Positions 14,101 through 26,529 are shown, counted from the first letter of the whole stretch. The stretch: DNA of 63,294 nt, filler included, from Intoshia linei (GCA_001642005.1; 7 parts of 7 records of this genome joined end to end with filler, not necessarily neighbours in it); one strand, 5' to 3'. The notes: generated from the sequence alone by a model not told the origin. Translations and numbers: made by a program.

Positions 14101-17100
14101 TTATGTAGAATTTAATCGAATCTTTCATTTTTTAGTCAGATATTATATATCAGCAATTTACATGTATTTCTTAGTTAATAGACAAAAATCGCGAAAACAG
14201 ATTAATTATGTATATTATAATTATTATTAAGTAAGTAGTAAGTAAAATATTAATTAAATATTGCAATTATTGCAATAATTTATTTTTTAAATTTTTTTTT
14301 GCAATATTATTGCAATATAATAATGATTGGGCCTGGTGATGAATCGATAAAAAAATTTTAATAATACATATGTATTTGAGATTCTTTTTTGGAACAATAC
14401 AAATTATTAATTCCAATCTAGGAGTATTCTCATATAAAAGTTTCCATTATTAAGAAATAAAAAATTCAATAACACGACACAACCCAAACAATACATTTTG
14501 CGGTTCCGCGATGGGGAAATATTGATTTATAAAATATGAAATTTATCTACACATGTAAAATAATAAAAATTTGTAATGATAAAAAATTACATTTGAAGTC
14601 ATGTCTTGAGTAACTAAATCTTTGAGCTTGTTCAAATCAACATTAATTTTAATAGCATGTTTTGAAATCAACATTTGTGCTTTTTCCTAAATAATGAGTA
14701 AAATTTTATTGTAATTTTGTTATCATTATTATAAACATTATACATAGAGATTATTCTTAAACGCAACCATTTTTACTATAAATCCACTTTTACAAACCTT
14801 TAAGAGAAAAATTCATTTTCACGAACCCTTAAGTAAAAATTCCAATTTTACCAACCTTTAGGTGAAAAATTCAGTCTTTACCAAATGTAAAATCAAAAAA
14901 TTAGTTTTACCAATTCTTAAGTAAAAATTCTGTATTACCAACCCTAATATGAAAAAATCTACTTTTACAAACCCTTAAGTGAAAATTCCAATTTTCCAAT
15001 CCATAAGAGAAAAACCCACTTTTACCAACTCTTTAGGGAAAAATCCACTTTTACCAACCCTTAAATGAAAAAATCAGTTTTAGAGTTGGTAAAACTGAAT
15101 TATTTCTTTTAGGTTTGGTAAAATTGAAATTTTCACTAAAGTGTTGATAAATTTTGATTTTTAGTAAAAATGTTTAGATTTTAGTAAAAATGATTGGATT
15201 TAAGTAAAAATGGTTTTATTTTAGTAAAAATGTTTAGATTTTAGTAAAAATGATTGGATTTTAGTAAAAATGGTTGGATTTAAGTAAAAATCGTTTTATT
15301 TTAATAAAAATGGTTGAATTTAATTAAAAATGGTTGGATTTTAGTAAAAACGGTTGGATTTAAGTAGACACCTTTATACATATTTATAATTTTAATAACA
15401 AAAAAGTAATTACATCATTTTCGTTTTTCGAAATCATTAAAATTGGTTTTTGAATGCTATGCTGAGCGTATTCTATAGAATCAATTAAAGCTTGAGCTTC
15501 AATTTTATTTGATTTGTTTATAATGCAATCCAATAGTGGTTTAATACTTTCCAAAGTTTTTTTTGATGTTTCCAATCCTATTAATTATATAATAAACTAA
15601 AATATAACAATTATATAATAATATAATTCATAAGGTCCAAAATTTAGTAAACTTTTGCTACATAGTAAAATTAGTTTCCGTCTTTTATTTTAGTCACATT
15701 TTACATTCCAAATATTGATTAGAATGTTAAAATAGATAACCTTTTTCATTAAATTTATATTCTTGTGGATTACTGGACCATTTGATAGTTTCTGCAAAAT
15801 CATTTTTCAAAGTTTCAAAGTTTTCCAGTTCTGAATAAAAACTGTCATTTCCTTCTTCGTAAAGTTTTTTCAGAGTTTCATAATTTTCTTTCAATTCTTT
15901 AATGTTATGCTAATTTTTAAATTTTTATTATTAGTCATAAATTATGATTCATAATAATATCATTATATACAAGTGCACTAATGACGAAAAATATAAACTT
16001 CAAAATAAAAAATGTTAATTCATTATATTAATTAATTGATTTTTCCACATGCCATTACACCAGTGGTTCTCGATTCAAATAGTGTACGGATCCCCATTTC
16101 AAAATATTTATAAAAAAAGTTGAAAAGTGAAGGATTTTTATAATAAGATTTGGTAAAATTTTTTATTTTGGGTTTTAGATTAAGAAGTTGTTGCTCAAAA
16201 GATTTGGTAAATCGAATTTCCAAAAAATACAGTAAAAGTAGATTTTTCCTTGTGTGTTTGAAATTGTAATTTTCATTAACATTTATGGCACTGTAAATTT
16301 TATTAATGATGGAATAAAATATTGATTTTTTAAATATTAATTTAGCGGTCGTATAGGTTTTGGGATAAATTCCAAACATCTGGTAATTCTGTTATAAATA
16401 TTAAAAATTTTCTTATAAAAATAAACAAAAGTTGAAAAAAGTTTTTTTCATATTTTATTTGAATCTCACGGACCCACACATATAATCTTGGACCCAAATC
16501 GATTATCACTAGATTAAATTCATATTGATAAATGATTTTAAAATAGGTTACGATCTTTTCATCGATAGCCTTAATATATTATTGATCGATAAACCTTGAA
16601 AAACTACTTATTTTTTTTGGAATAGTCCTTTTTAAACATTGAAAAAATAATTAATTATATAAACTGACATGATTATAATAATTTGAAATTACGCCATCCT
16701 TTTTATACGATTCTGTCAAAGCTTTATTTATTTGCATTTGATTATAAATTTTTTCGTTATTTTTCGGAGTATTGGAAATGAGGAACCTATAAATATTTTA
16801 ACATACTTTTAATAAAAAATTACGATGAAATATCGTTGTCGATTGTATTCAATGTTTTCTCAACTATAAAATTGAATTATAAAAAATACAAATTAAAGTA
16901 TATAATTTTAAATTTAAACTGTCAAGTTTATATTAAAAAATAGAATCAAAATCAGAATCAAAATCTTGTGAAAAATATTAATATATACTGATTTAGAGGG
17001 TATTAGTGGATTCCACCCTTTAATATCTATTATAATTCAACATGAATATGTATACTAGTCTTACAATTAAAATTTACTTGTATCTTCATTTTCTGGGCTT

Positions 17101-17400
17101 GGGTTATTCAAAAATTCGTCCAATTTATTAAAGTTGTCAAGCATGAGTGACTAAATAAAGGTAAAATAAACCAAAATCTTAGACTTACAATTTAATCAAG
17201 GTTAAATTTCCAAATTATTTTAAAAAATATAAACAATAAAAATTATTGGATATTATAATTATTAATTATAAATATTGTATAAAGTATATATATATGTATT
17301 ATATAATGAAATTTTTGTATTGTGTAATATATCATATTAATATTTTACCTTTCGATTTTTCCACAATTGATCATTTATTTTAAATTCGACATTTTTTATT
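5198..17400 (-). CDS. Large multi-exon vinculin/alpha-catenin family protein (about 25 exons, roughly 1,500 aa by my exon tally; 3' end cut by the gap at 5063)
   Basis: Exons with GT-AG boundaries, e.g. ~12970-13566, 12557-12791, ~11316-11910, 9769-10812, ~9300-9542, 7513-7671, 6475-6656, 5198-5343. Motifs: LNAITPTLVASASLY..QQQFEEQ..DGLVDAAENRAKADLKE (cf. vinculin ELTPQVVSAARIL..NQW..KSLLDASEEAIKKDLDK); AAIKWAYNPTTMDAKEGYNNIK (cf. [21 protein letters not shown]); NAAKEIQSE..NIILNAGANIANFTAEI (cf. tail AARQLHDE..NDIIAAAKRMALLMAEM). Confidence 0.7.
8105..8810. repeat. Intronic degenerate minisatellite array (~40-55 bp units) with an inverted distal portion, foldback-like
   Basis: Recurrent ttttacccaatttttt.aagattttaaagataatttt units; reverse-complement units at ~8710-8810; single-n assembly overlap at 8526. 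Confidence 0.8.
10895..11192. repeat. Two near-identical ~44-bp direct repeats in an intron, probably a MITE remnant
   Basis: atatgtcgcgactggcgacaacctaggg(g)gcgtgtcaccaacctt at ~10895 and ~11141; second copy is followed by gaaacactg, resembling a DNA-transposon end. Confidence 0.75.
13638..14140 (-). mobile_element. Non-autonomous Helitron-like repeat copy (intronic)
   Basis: Starts with actag (CTAG-T on the minus strand); shares ttttgaccgtgaaggcggtcacttattc and downstream blocks with the copy at 54274 and the inverted copies at ~39800-40140 and ~57700-58180. Confidence 0.5.
14764..15365. repeat. Foldback-like array: ~10 x 30-bp units, then inverted units and ~10 x 20-bp units
   Basis: ttttaccaacccttaag.gaaaaa unit at 14780-15075; reverse-complement units at 15075-15160; ttttagtaaaaatggttgga tandem at 15160-15365. 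The 30-bp unit recurs at ~12220-12340 and ~23020-23060. Confidence 0.85.
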
Positions 17401-17790
17401 CTAGTGGTAGATTGCAGTATTAATAAAATAATTTCATTTATAATTGATATCGTTGAATAAATACTATCAGATACCAATTTTTTTGAATTTTCAATTGAAT
17501 TTTCGATTTTATTTTCTATTATTTAACATTATATACTGACATATACCTGAACCGACAACCCGTTACTCGTGAATTATGTTTATATGTATTGGAGATTTTA
17601 ATAATTTTTCATTTTTTAGTTACTCTAAAGCAAATAAGTCCCTGTTAAAGCCTATTAAGGGATTCGTTCATACTGTGTAAATTTTAGAAATTATAAATCT
17701 GTTATGACCAGGGATGGAAACAGCGCTGCTGTTTTTGGTGTGCACACAGCAAGTGCTTTTTAATTTAACAGCAAAATGTATTGCTATTAA

Positions 17791-18786
17791 CCCTTACATA
17801 CATTGACTATAATTAAAAATGAATTTATGGCATAGCTGTTAATTCTGCTCAAATTTAGCAAAAATTAAGCACAATTTTTATGTAAAATGTGCTCAAAATA
17901 TTAGTACAAAGTTATAAATATGTCTATAACTACTTAAAATTTAAAAAAAACATTTAGTTAAAAAAATAAATTTAAACCAAATTAAAATTTACAATTTTTT
18001 GGAATATTCTTTATAAATGCAGAGTTTACTGTGTTTTAATTACAAATTTAATTTATTATTACAATAAAAATTTATAATTTAATTCTTAAATTGATTTTAA
18101 TCAGGCTGTCCAGATTGTTGATATTTGGATTGAAAAAGATTGATATTAAGAAATTTTCACCAATTCATTTCATTTGTCTAATATTTTTAGAGCTGCTAGT
18201 CAATTTTTTTATACAGATTGCCAATCTTTTAAAAGATGAGCAAAGTCCGCCTTTTTTTTTATGAAAGAAGTCAAATGTAAATTTGAAATGACTATAAAAT
18301 TAAATATATAAAAAGTAATCAAAAATTTAATTTAAAATTATATTTACATTTATGATACAGAATCTGAATCGCTCATATTGAATCAATTTGAATGATGATC
18401 CTTGAAAAAGTGAGGATGAAAGTCCATATATGAACCCTTCCTATTATAACAGGCATTGCATTGATATCTCGTTCGAGATTTTACACCTGTTTGTACACAA
18501 TAAGAACATAATCGTGATTTTTTATCAGGAATTATTGTAGGCATATGATCAATAGATTCTAATTCCACTTCCTTAATAGATTCGTTCTTTGCTTCGTGTA
18601 CCAAAAAAATGTTTATAAGACGTTTTCTGAATTCAAGCGATGTTTTAGCCTTGTCATCCCCAAAGTAAAATCTATGGCATAAAACATAACAATTATGAAC
18701 CATAAGGTTGATAAAATATATAGCCAATTTTGTAGTCCATTTAACCGTTTTTCTTTCACTAAAATAAGTTTTGACCATTTGATCAT
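17791..18786 (-). mobile_element. piggyBac transposon, 3' part (PGBD4-like transposase C-terminus 18383-18786), truncated by gap
   Basis: DQMVKTY..RKTVKWTTKLAIYF..LMVHNCYVL, LEFRKRL and a Cys-rich C-terminus (CSYC..TRYQCNAC); terminus TTAA|CCCT at 17787-17794. Confidence 0.88.
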
Positions 18787-18886
18787 NNNNNNNNNNNNNN
18801 NNNNNNNNNNNNNNNNNNNNNNNNNNNNNNTTAATTAATTAANNNNNNNNNNNNNNNNNNNNNNNNNNNNNNNNNNNNNNNNNNNN

Positions 18887-19478
18887 AAAAACATTAATCT
18901 TTTACCATGGACAGGTAATTCCTCTGACATGAATGTGATAGAGTCGTTATGGAATATAGCAAAAAAAACTAAGAACACAGTCAATCAAAACTATTCAAGA
19001 GTTGAAATTTGAAATCCAAAAGGTATGGAATAGCATAACACCCGAAGAGTGTCAGAAACTCGTTCATAGTATGCCACGTCTAATAAATGCTCTTATCGAT
19101 GCAATGGGGGACAGTACCAAATACTAACTATGATTTGTATGTATCATAATACATTAAAGAATAATTAAATTATATATCACTACATTTTATAATTCTTAAA
19201 CTGTCGTATTTATCTTTTGAATTCGTTTATTCTAATTTTATAAGACAAAAAATTGGTTATTCTAATTATGTGACACAAAATGTTTTCACTAAATGTTAAT
19301 TCTTAATATCTTAAAAACATAATTATCCCCCTAGTTTCACATGGTATAGATTATACACATGTTTACATTACGAAAAAATAATTTAGTAGATTCATCTTCA
19401 ATATCATAAATTATATACACTTAATTCATCCAACATTAAAAAAATATATTTTATGCTAATTATGTGACGCGCACTAGT
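18887..19478 (+). mobile_element. Tc1-family transposon 3' fragment (decayed transposase C-terminus plus IR/DR-type right end)
   Basis: LLPWTGNSSDMNVIESLW..VWNSITPEECQKLVHSMPRLINALIDAMGDSTKY* (18887-19127); ctaattatgtgac repeated at ~19262 and ~19456, ending gcgcact(a)gta. Confidence 0.85.
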
Positions 19479-19499
19479 AGTTATGATATTCCAGAATAA

Positions 19500-19960
19500 A
19501 ATATTTTTAAATGCTAACTTTGAAAAAATGATGTCTTGGAGTACGGTAGGTTGAGGTCCGCAGTCAAGACCTGAATAAAAGTCAAGTATCACATGAATCA
19601 ACATTCCAAGATAATACTTAAAACGGATCATCATAGGCAATGGCGGCTCGTAGACAAAATAATTGGTGAGACTGCAAAAAAATAAAATTACAAATTATAA
19701 AAATTGTATATATGGGCTGCAAATAGTACAATAAATAAACACTACTACAAGTTCTCTATAATACATATTATAATGTGTATGTATTATATTATTATAATTT
19801 TGTAAATAATTTTTTTACATTGATCAATATTCAGGGGGCTACATCCCTGCAGCCCTCAATGACGAACCGCCATTGATCACAGGATACAATTTTTCATATG
19901 TTTCACTACAAAAGTGATTGAGAAGTGATGTAAAAATATATTTGGTGCATTTAGTGGTTT
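19500..19960 (-). pseudogene. Possible decayed EEP-family (TDP2-like) phosphodiesterase fragment
   Basis: F*VLSWNVDSCD followed, with frameshifts, by a PDIIFxQ-like segment (cf. TDP2 LITWNIDGLD..YSPDVIFLQEV); interrupted by a hAT MITE and bounded by the Tc1 end. Confidence 0.3.
19638..19875. mobile_element. hAT-type MITE
   Basis: TIR caatggcggctcgt / acgaaccgccattg; 8-bp TSD atcatagg / atcacagg. Confidence 0.88.
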
Positions 19961-20579
19961 TAATAACGATGTTTCCCAATTTCTTTATCAGGAAACCAAT
20001 TAGTTTGATTTATTAATTATTTATTTTTCATTAAAAATTATTCCAATACTAAATTATGAACATGGATTAAAATGAACTAAAAATAAAGTAATAAAAGAAG
20101 CTTTATTTCAAAAATAACTGATTTAATAATTTTTTTCATAATGCCCAGACATGACCATGGAAAAATAACCAGTGGACCCGAACCGAATTAAAAAAAATCC
20201 TCTATCCACTGTTTAATGCAGCGGTTCCCAAACATTTTTTCAGTGTTACCCAGCTGGATTAAAAAATTTCGCACAATTTACACATTTTTCTCTAACAACA
20301 CCCATTAATTTAGAATAGAATGCCGTCATATAGTTAGTCCCATATGTCTCATAGTCCCAAATTGGGACTTCCAATTCACGGCCCTGTGATCAGGTTTCAC
20401 TAACTATATTATTTTTATTTAACAAGATTTTAAATGTGCATCTCCATTGTCGAAACAATACTGAATAAGTGAATTTTTGAAATGTTTTTTTTAATTAATT
20501 AAAAATTGATTAAAATATATTAATCTCTTATATTACTAAGATAAATTATATTTTTTAGTAAAATTACACATGCTGTACT

Positions 20580-23500
20580 GGAAGCTGTAGGTATTGGAGG
20601 TTTTCTTTGTTGGGTTTTTCTACGTTCAAGGGTATCATTCAATGGTTTTTCGTCAGATTTTTTTTCCTATAAATATACACATGTATATTAAAATTCATTT
20701 TATTGATTTTTGATAATCCTATTTATCACCGATTACATCAATTATAATGGAATACAACACAAGAAAATTTCAAATTTAATTAAAACTAAATTAAGACTGA
20801 CAATATACGTATTAATAACAAGGTTGACTGTTATGTATTTCGTACAAACAGCACCTAGTTCTTCCGATGACAGACTTTTTTTAATTCTACTAAAAAGTAA
20901 ATTCAATGATAAAATCTAACTTAAAAATCGTATATTCACTATTCACAGCCTGTCTGAACTAACATTTAGTTCAAAAAAATTACTCATCCTAAATGTCAAG
21001 ATTTTCTGATTTGGCACACTTTCAGGAGTATTTTTAAAAAAATTCTTAGTAGCGTTTTTGAGTAAAGGTGAAAAATGTATATTTTTCTCTAAAAATTTCA
21101 ATAAAATGTTCAATAATACTAATTTTAGCCTTGATTGTTTGTGTAACTAATCTACATTGATGAAAGTTTGTTTTGTGTCAAATTTCAAATTATATTCTAC
21201 CTATTTTTTGTTGTTATTATCATGCATGAACAAAATAGGAAAAAATTATATTTATTGTGTTTTGGTAAAACAAAATTTATGTGTTCGATCTCTACTCGTG
21301 TATGATCACTGGTTGAGCTATATTTTAATCAAGGTATTGATAAAAATGATGATCGTTTACCTAATGTGATATGCAGCAACTGCCAGAAAATTGTCCATGA
21401 ATATGGAAATGGTATTTTCAGTAGAAAAATCGAAATTTTTGATTATTTTAAACGAAATACTCGATCTTCGCAGAACAAAACTTGTTCATGCACAATTTGC
21501 CTATCACAATTATCATTTAATTTCAATAGTAATAATGGTGTTCCTAAAATTAAAAAACGTAATTCTTCTGGACGTCCAAAAACAGGAAATAGTGATTTTA
21601 AAGTGTCAAAAAAATCAACATCATTTGTATATAGAAATGTGTCAGAAAAACCTTCGCCAATGATAGTATGCAGCTTTTGCCTATCAACATTAGCTCGTGG
21701 TCGGTTGTATTCTTGTACTCGAGCTATGAGAGTTAAAAATATTCAGGTACTTGCTGAATCTGGTATTTCAAAATGCATAGATAAAGTTACATCATCCCTG
21801 ATTAAAAATAAATTGAAAAATTAAACATTACCAGATAAAGATAAAAAAATTCCGAAGGAATGAATTATATAGATTTTCACCCATATGTCTTTATTTTAAA
21901 ATCCGCATCAGCATATATATTTTTTTAAATTCTCCAACTCGTTTAATTTTCAAAAAGAGAGACAACTGTGGTTTTTGACCCGTAAGATGTGAAATTGGGA
22001 GGTTGAAATTTATCTTAATATACAGTTTTTGACCCGTAAGATGTGAAATTGGGAGGTTGAAATTTATCTTATTATACGGTTTTTGACCCTTAAGATGTGA
22101 AATTGGGAGGTTGAAATTTATCTTATTATACGCGTTAAAAACTGTAATTGAAATGTGGTCTATTTATTGGTCTATCTGCGAAGTTATTTAAATAAAGTTG
22201 AACACACAGATACACAAACAAAAATCGCGTAGCATATTATATAAGTTAGGAATATTATATATTATATTATACATATATATGCCATTTCAAATAACTTTTA
22301 CAAAATGTTTGAAGTCTTTCAAAATTAACAAAATTTGAATTCAAAAGTTTTAAGACATTGAAATCTCCATCTATTTAAATTTTTGACCTTTACTCAAAAA
22401 CGCTACTAAGAATTTTTTTAATTTTTTTTAAAAATACTCCTGAAAGTGTGCCAAATCAGAAAATGTTGACATTTTGGATGAGTAATTTTTTTGAACTAAA
22501 TGTTAGTTCAGACAGGCTGTGTATTATCAATCCTTTAAAGGAGTGAAACTCAAACTTGTTTTACATTACCTTTTAAATATAAAGTGAATTATTCGCATTT
22601 AATTTTATTTTTTTAACATTTGTGTAAAGCATTTTAAAAAAAATTTTGTGATCACATTTTTTAAATTTATTAGAGAGATTGAGTTTAACCTGTGTTCAAA
22701 AACACGTTTTTTTGAGTAAACAAAAAATACCCCACGGGTAAAGATGAGCAATTTTGGGTATGTTACGAATATCGATATGAAAATATTTGAAATCAAAAGA
22801 CTACCAACTTTTGCCCTAACCGTCCTTACAAAAAATGAAAATACTGTGAAAATGCACACTAAATTTAAATGGAAGCTTAAAATTGTCTTTATCAGATAAA
22901 GGTTTAAAGCAGACGTGGGGACGCATTTGCTGTTCGAAGGCAGCACTAACGTCCCAAAAAATTTAATAAGATGGCAGCTTTCTAAATAAAATTTAATCAA
23001 ATAGAGCAGTGCAGAGAACCTAATTTTACCAACCCTTAAGGAAAAAAATCCCACTTTGTCAAAAAGTAATATTTTAATAATAATATAATAAATAAAATGA
23101 TTCTAAATAAAAATTTTACATCGAGATTAAGAAAGTTTAAGTATATTTTAAGAAATAGGATACTTTTCTCGATTATAAGTAGTCTTCTTATATTCGAGAG
23201 TAGAAGGAAAATGATTATAATCAAAAACAAGCAGACTTTTAAGCAGACCTTGAAAAATATAAAAAATACACTAAAAGTTTGCTTTTATATTTTAACAACT
23301 TGTTAGATTTGTATTATATTACATCTTGGGGTATTCTCAAAATCTATTTGATTTAAAAAAAATTTGATTGTGGAGGAGATAAAAGGAAAAATTAGTTTAA
23401 ATCAACTTTTCTATTCTGACATACATTTTATAAATATTTCAGATTGGGACTTAGAAGTTGAGTATCAGTTTTTTGAAATTTTTGCTAAACTAACAATGAA

Positions 23501-24457
23501 GTCTATTTAGAAAGTAAAAAATGAGGTCTGTGAAGGACTTAAAGAATATTTGGTCCTGCTTGATATCATTGATTATGAGTACATTGAAAATATTAAAAAC
23601 ACGTCCGAATTACCTTATCTTAATGAATTTTTTGTTGATTCTAAAAAATTTGAAATTCATATTACTTTCAACGAATTGCATAAACATATTGTATATGGTG
23701 AAAGCAAAACTTTTAAATTAGTCAATCTATTCTACGAATGAAGTTATTTTTTAAAAATAAATTGATATGTTGTCTATTTTTTGTTTAAAGTTCTTTTTTT
23801 CGAATACAAGCAGAAACTGCTTATATTCAAATTTTATTTAGTTAAAAATTTCGCTGACAATTTGTATTTCAGGGGTCTGCTCATAATCGAGAAAAAACAG
23901 TAGTCAAAAATGTAACTTTTTGATTAAAATATATTAAATTGCCCTAGAATAAAATCTAATTTAAACTTTTACAATTTGATCAAATTCCACCCTACATTGA
24001 AAAGGTACCCATAAAATTTTTTTTAAAAAAAATGACCGTAAAAACATTTAACCCTATTCATCAGTATTTTTACTACCAAAATTCAATCTTTAAATTGAAC
24101 GAAAAGTTTAGGTCTATAATTTAAGTTTTATTAAAATTAATCCCACATTTAATTTGTCATTTATCCAAATCGGATTAAATAACAATAGTAGGATTAATGT
24201 TTCAGTAAATAATTAATAATAATTGTACAACACAAAAAAGTAATATTTGATATTAATTTATGTTCATTAAAATTAAAATAAATTTAAATAACCATTTTAA
24301 TTTTAGCATCACTTTCATTTTTCTTTCTATTCATCATTTCATCCTGATTAAAAATTAAAAAAATTTCAAAAATCTACTTTTAATTTTTCTACGTCATTTC
24401 TTGTTTCAAGTTTAGAAACTATACTATCATATTTGTTGGATTTCCACAATTTTTTAC
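20580..24457 (-). CDS. Isolated minus-strand exons (20580-20667, 24292-24343, 24377-24457), possibly the 5' part of the vinculin-like gene
   Basis: AG/GT-bounded open exons: GKKLWKSNKYDSIVSKLETRNDVEKLK | DEMMNRKKNESDAKIKM and EKKSDEKPLNDTLERRKTQQRKPPIPTASSTA; linkage across the gap at 18787 is unproven. Confidence 0.45.
20944..22521 (+). mobile_element. Chapaev-superfamily DNA transposon, internally deleted; retains the N-terminal Chapa zinc-finger region (~21221-21824)
   Basis: ~125-bp TIRs starting CACAGCC and ending GGCTGTG; 4-bp TSD TATT on both sides; HEQNRKKLYLLCFGK..DDRLPNVICSNC..FDY..TRSS..CSCTIC..CSFC with one in-frame TGA; no catalytic core. Confidence 0.8.
21862..22251 (-). mobile_element. 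Helitron-like non-autonomous repeat nested in the Chapaev element; contains a 3 x 54-bp tandem repeat (21971-22132)
   Basis: Ends acacacagatacacaaacaaaaatcgcgtagcatattatataagttagga (5'-TC on the minus strand); homologous to 40160-40512 and 54274-54760, which each carry one copy of the 54-bp unit. Confidence 0.65.
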
Positions 24458-26529
24458 CTATAATTTTTTAAAAATTATATGATTATATTCATTAATTTTA
24501 ATTTTAAATAATTATTATAATACATGTATCAAATAATTATTTCTTATAAAATAGTATAATTTAATAAACATTTTTTAAATTGATGCATTGGAGCTTTCAA
24601 AATGTAGGTCCGGAAAAAATTTAATATAAAATAACCCATTCCTAGGTAAATAAGATTGAGAACCCTTGATGTAAATATTAGATCAAATGATTCACTCATT
24701 ATTCATAAAGGTTATTATCCTCTTAAAAGCGCAATAATATTTAACTGATTGTATTTGATTTTTTAATCGGTTCAATAAATGAGTCATTATCACAATAAAA
24801 GGACGTCACTGTAAGTGTAAATATATAATTGAGCGAAAAACGGACAAATTAATATTATCCATTCATGCGTTTCATTTAAAAATCAAAGCTGTCATGTTTT
24901 AGCCTTAGAATAAAATCAAAAATATATAATTGTTTGATCATTAATGGTTTGCATTCATTAATACAATATAATTAATTTTCGAGTATCATTTAACTTGATA
25001 GTTAAAATACAGAATTTAGTAATAGGACAAATGAAAAAAATAATAAATGAATTCCTAATTAAAATTTAAATGACTAAACTGGCATCAACCACTACAAATA
25101 TTATTTAAACTGGATTAAAAATGAAACCTGTTGATACATTCACATTTTCCATTATACAATTTTTAAATTTTTATAAACTGGAATAAATTTGTATAAATAT
25201 GTATCCATAAACATATTTTGTTTTTATCAATTCGTCGTATCAACCAGTCGAGTTATTTAAAATGATTACAAAATTTAAATTAAAAATTAAATAATTAAAT
25301 CAAACAATTAAATATATAATTGTAATAAATTAAATTAAAAATGAGTTTATTTTAAATATATAGCGTATTTCCATAATATAGTACTTTCTTCTAGACAAAC
25401 AATTTAAAATTGAATATCAGTTTTATAATTGTAAAAATATTTGGGATAATTGACAGCCATAAATATAATAATAAACGACTCATTTAGAATCTAATTCCAT
25501 GAAAAGTTTAAAAGATTAAAATTAATTACATTTTCTAAAAATTTTCACATTGTCATGGTCAATAAAATCACATTTATGGAAAGCACTAACAATAATCAAT
25601 TACGATGACAATAAAATAATTAATTTTAATAAAATTCATTTTTGAACAACATAACTTAGGAAACCTTTAGCGCAAAATTTGAACATTTGTTGAATTTCAT
25701 ACTCTATGATTTACTTACTCATTTTTCTCGTTGCATTTTAATCTGTTTTTATCAATTTGCCAATTATTTACAAAATTTATGCAGGGTGTATTTCTAAATT
25801 TAAATGGATACAATAGACAAAATAAAACCTATCGAAGAAAAGGAATCTAATGTAATATTTATACGAATATGTTTAATTGGTTAATTTCAATTTCAACGAG
25901 TTGATGAATTAAATTTCAGAATGCCACATATAACAGCCGATTTACCGTGACCCATGCGCCGGTGGGTGAGTATAATCAACTTTATTTTGATTTTTTGCCC
26001 TTATGCTTTCATATTTTTAAATGACCATCTTTACAAAAATTGCTTTGAAAGTGTCATCATTGATTGAATTTTTACTTTCGCCGTAATTATGTCATTTTGC
26101 ATAAATTGGTATACCGCAAATGATTATAGTGTCATATTTTGCTAACAAAAGATTTAAATAAATTATGAATTTGAATAAAATGACATTTGAACCGATTACC
26201 GCTTTATTACCATTATATTGTTTATTTTAAATGAGATATACTTTGGTAAATACCAAAATAAATTGGTAACTTTAAAGTGATACAAAAAGTGATAGTTTGA
26301 ACCTTATTTTAGAGAAATAAATACATCAATTTATGCATGATGGCTTTTTAAAAATGGTATCACTTACTCTTTTGTCAAGAGTCAAAAATATTTGTTTAAA
26401 AACAATTTTGGATAACTAAATTATTGTGTTATTTATATAAGTTTAAATGTAGACATTTGATGGGATAATTCATCAGCAGTGATATATATAGACTGAACAA
26501 TTTTTAATTTTTCTCATTTATTTTAATAG

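Noticed and set aside
14780-15075. CRISPR-like regularly spaced repeats
   Set aside because: Units are degenerate tandem repeats with no unique spacers, there are no cas genes, and the context is a eukaryotic intron
19404-19640. RGS-like KNILFW motif in the 78-aa ORF
   Set aside because: The ORF runs into the Tc1 terminal repeat and starts in a MITE; chance similarity
26453-26478. Candidate micro-exon with an in-frame TGA (readthrough or selenocysteine)
   Set aside because: Splice sites are weak and the exon is unverified; no supporting SECIS or homology
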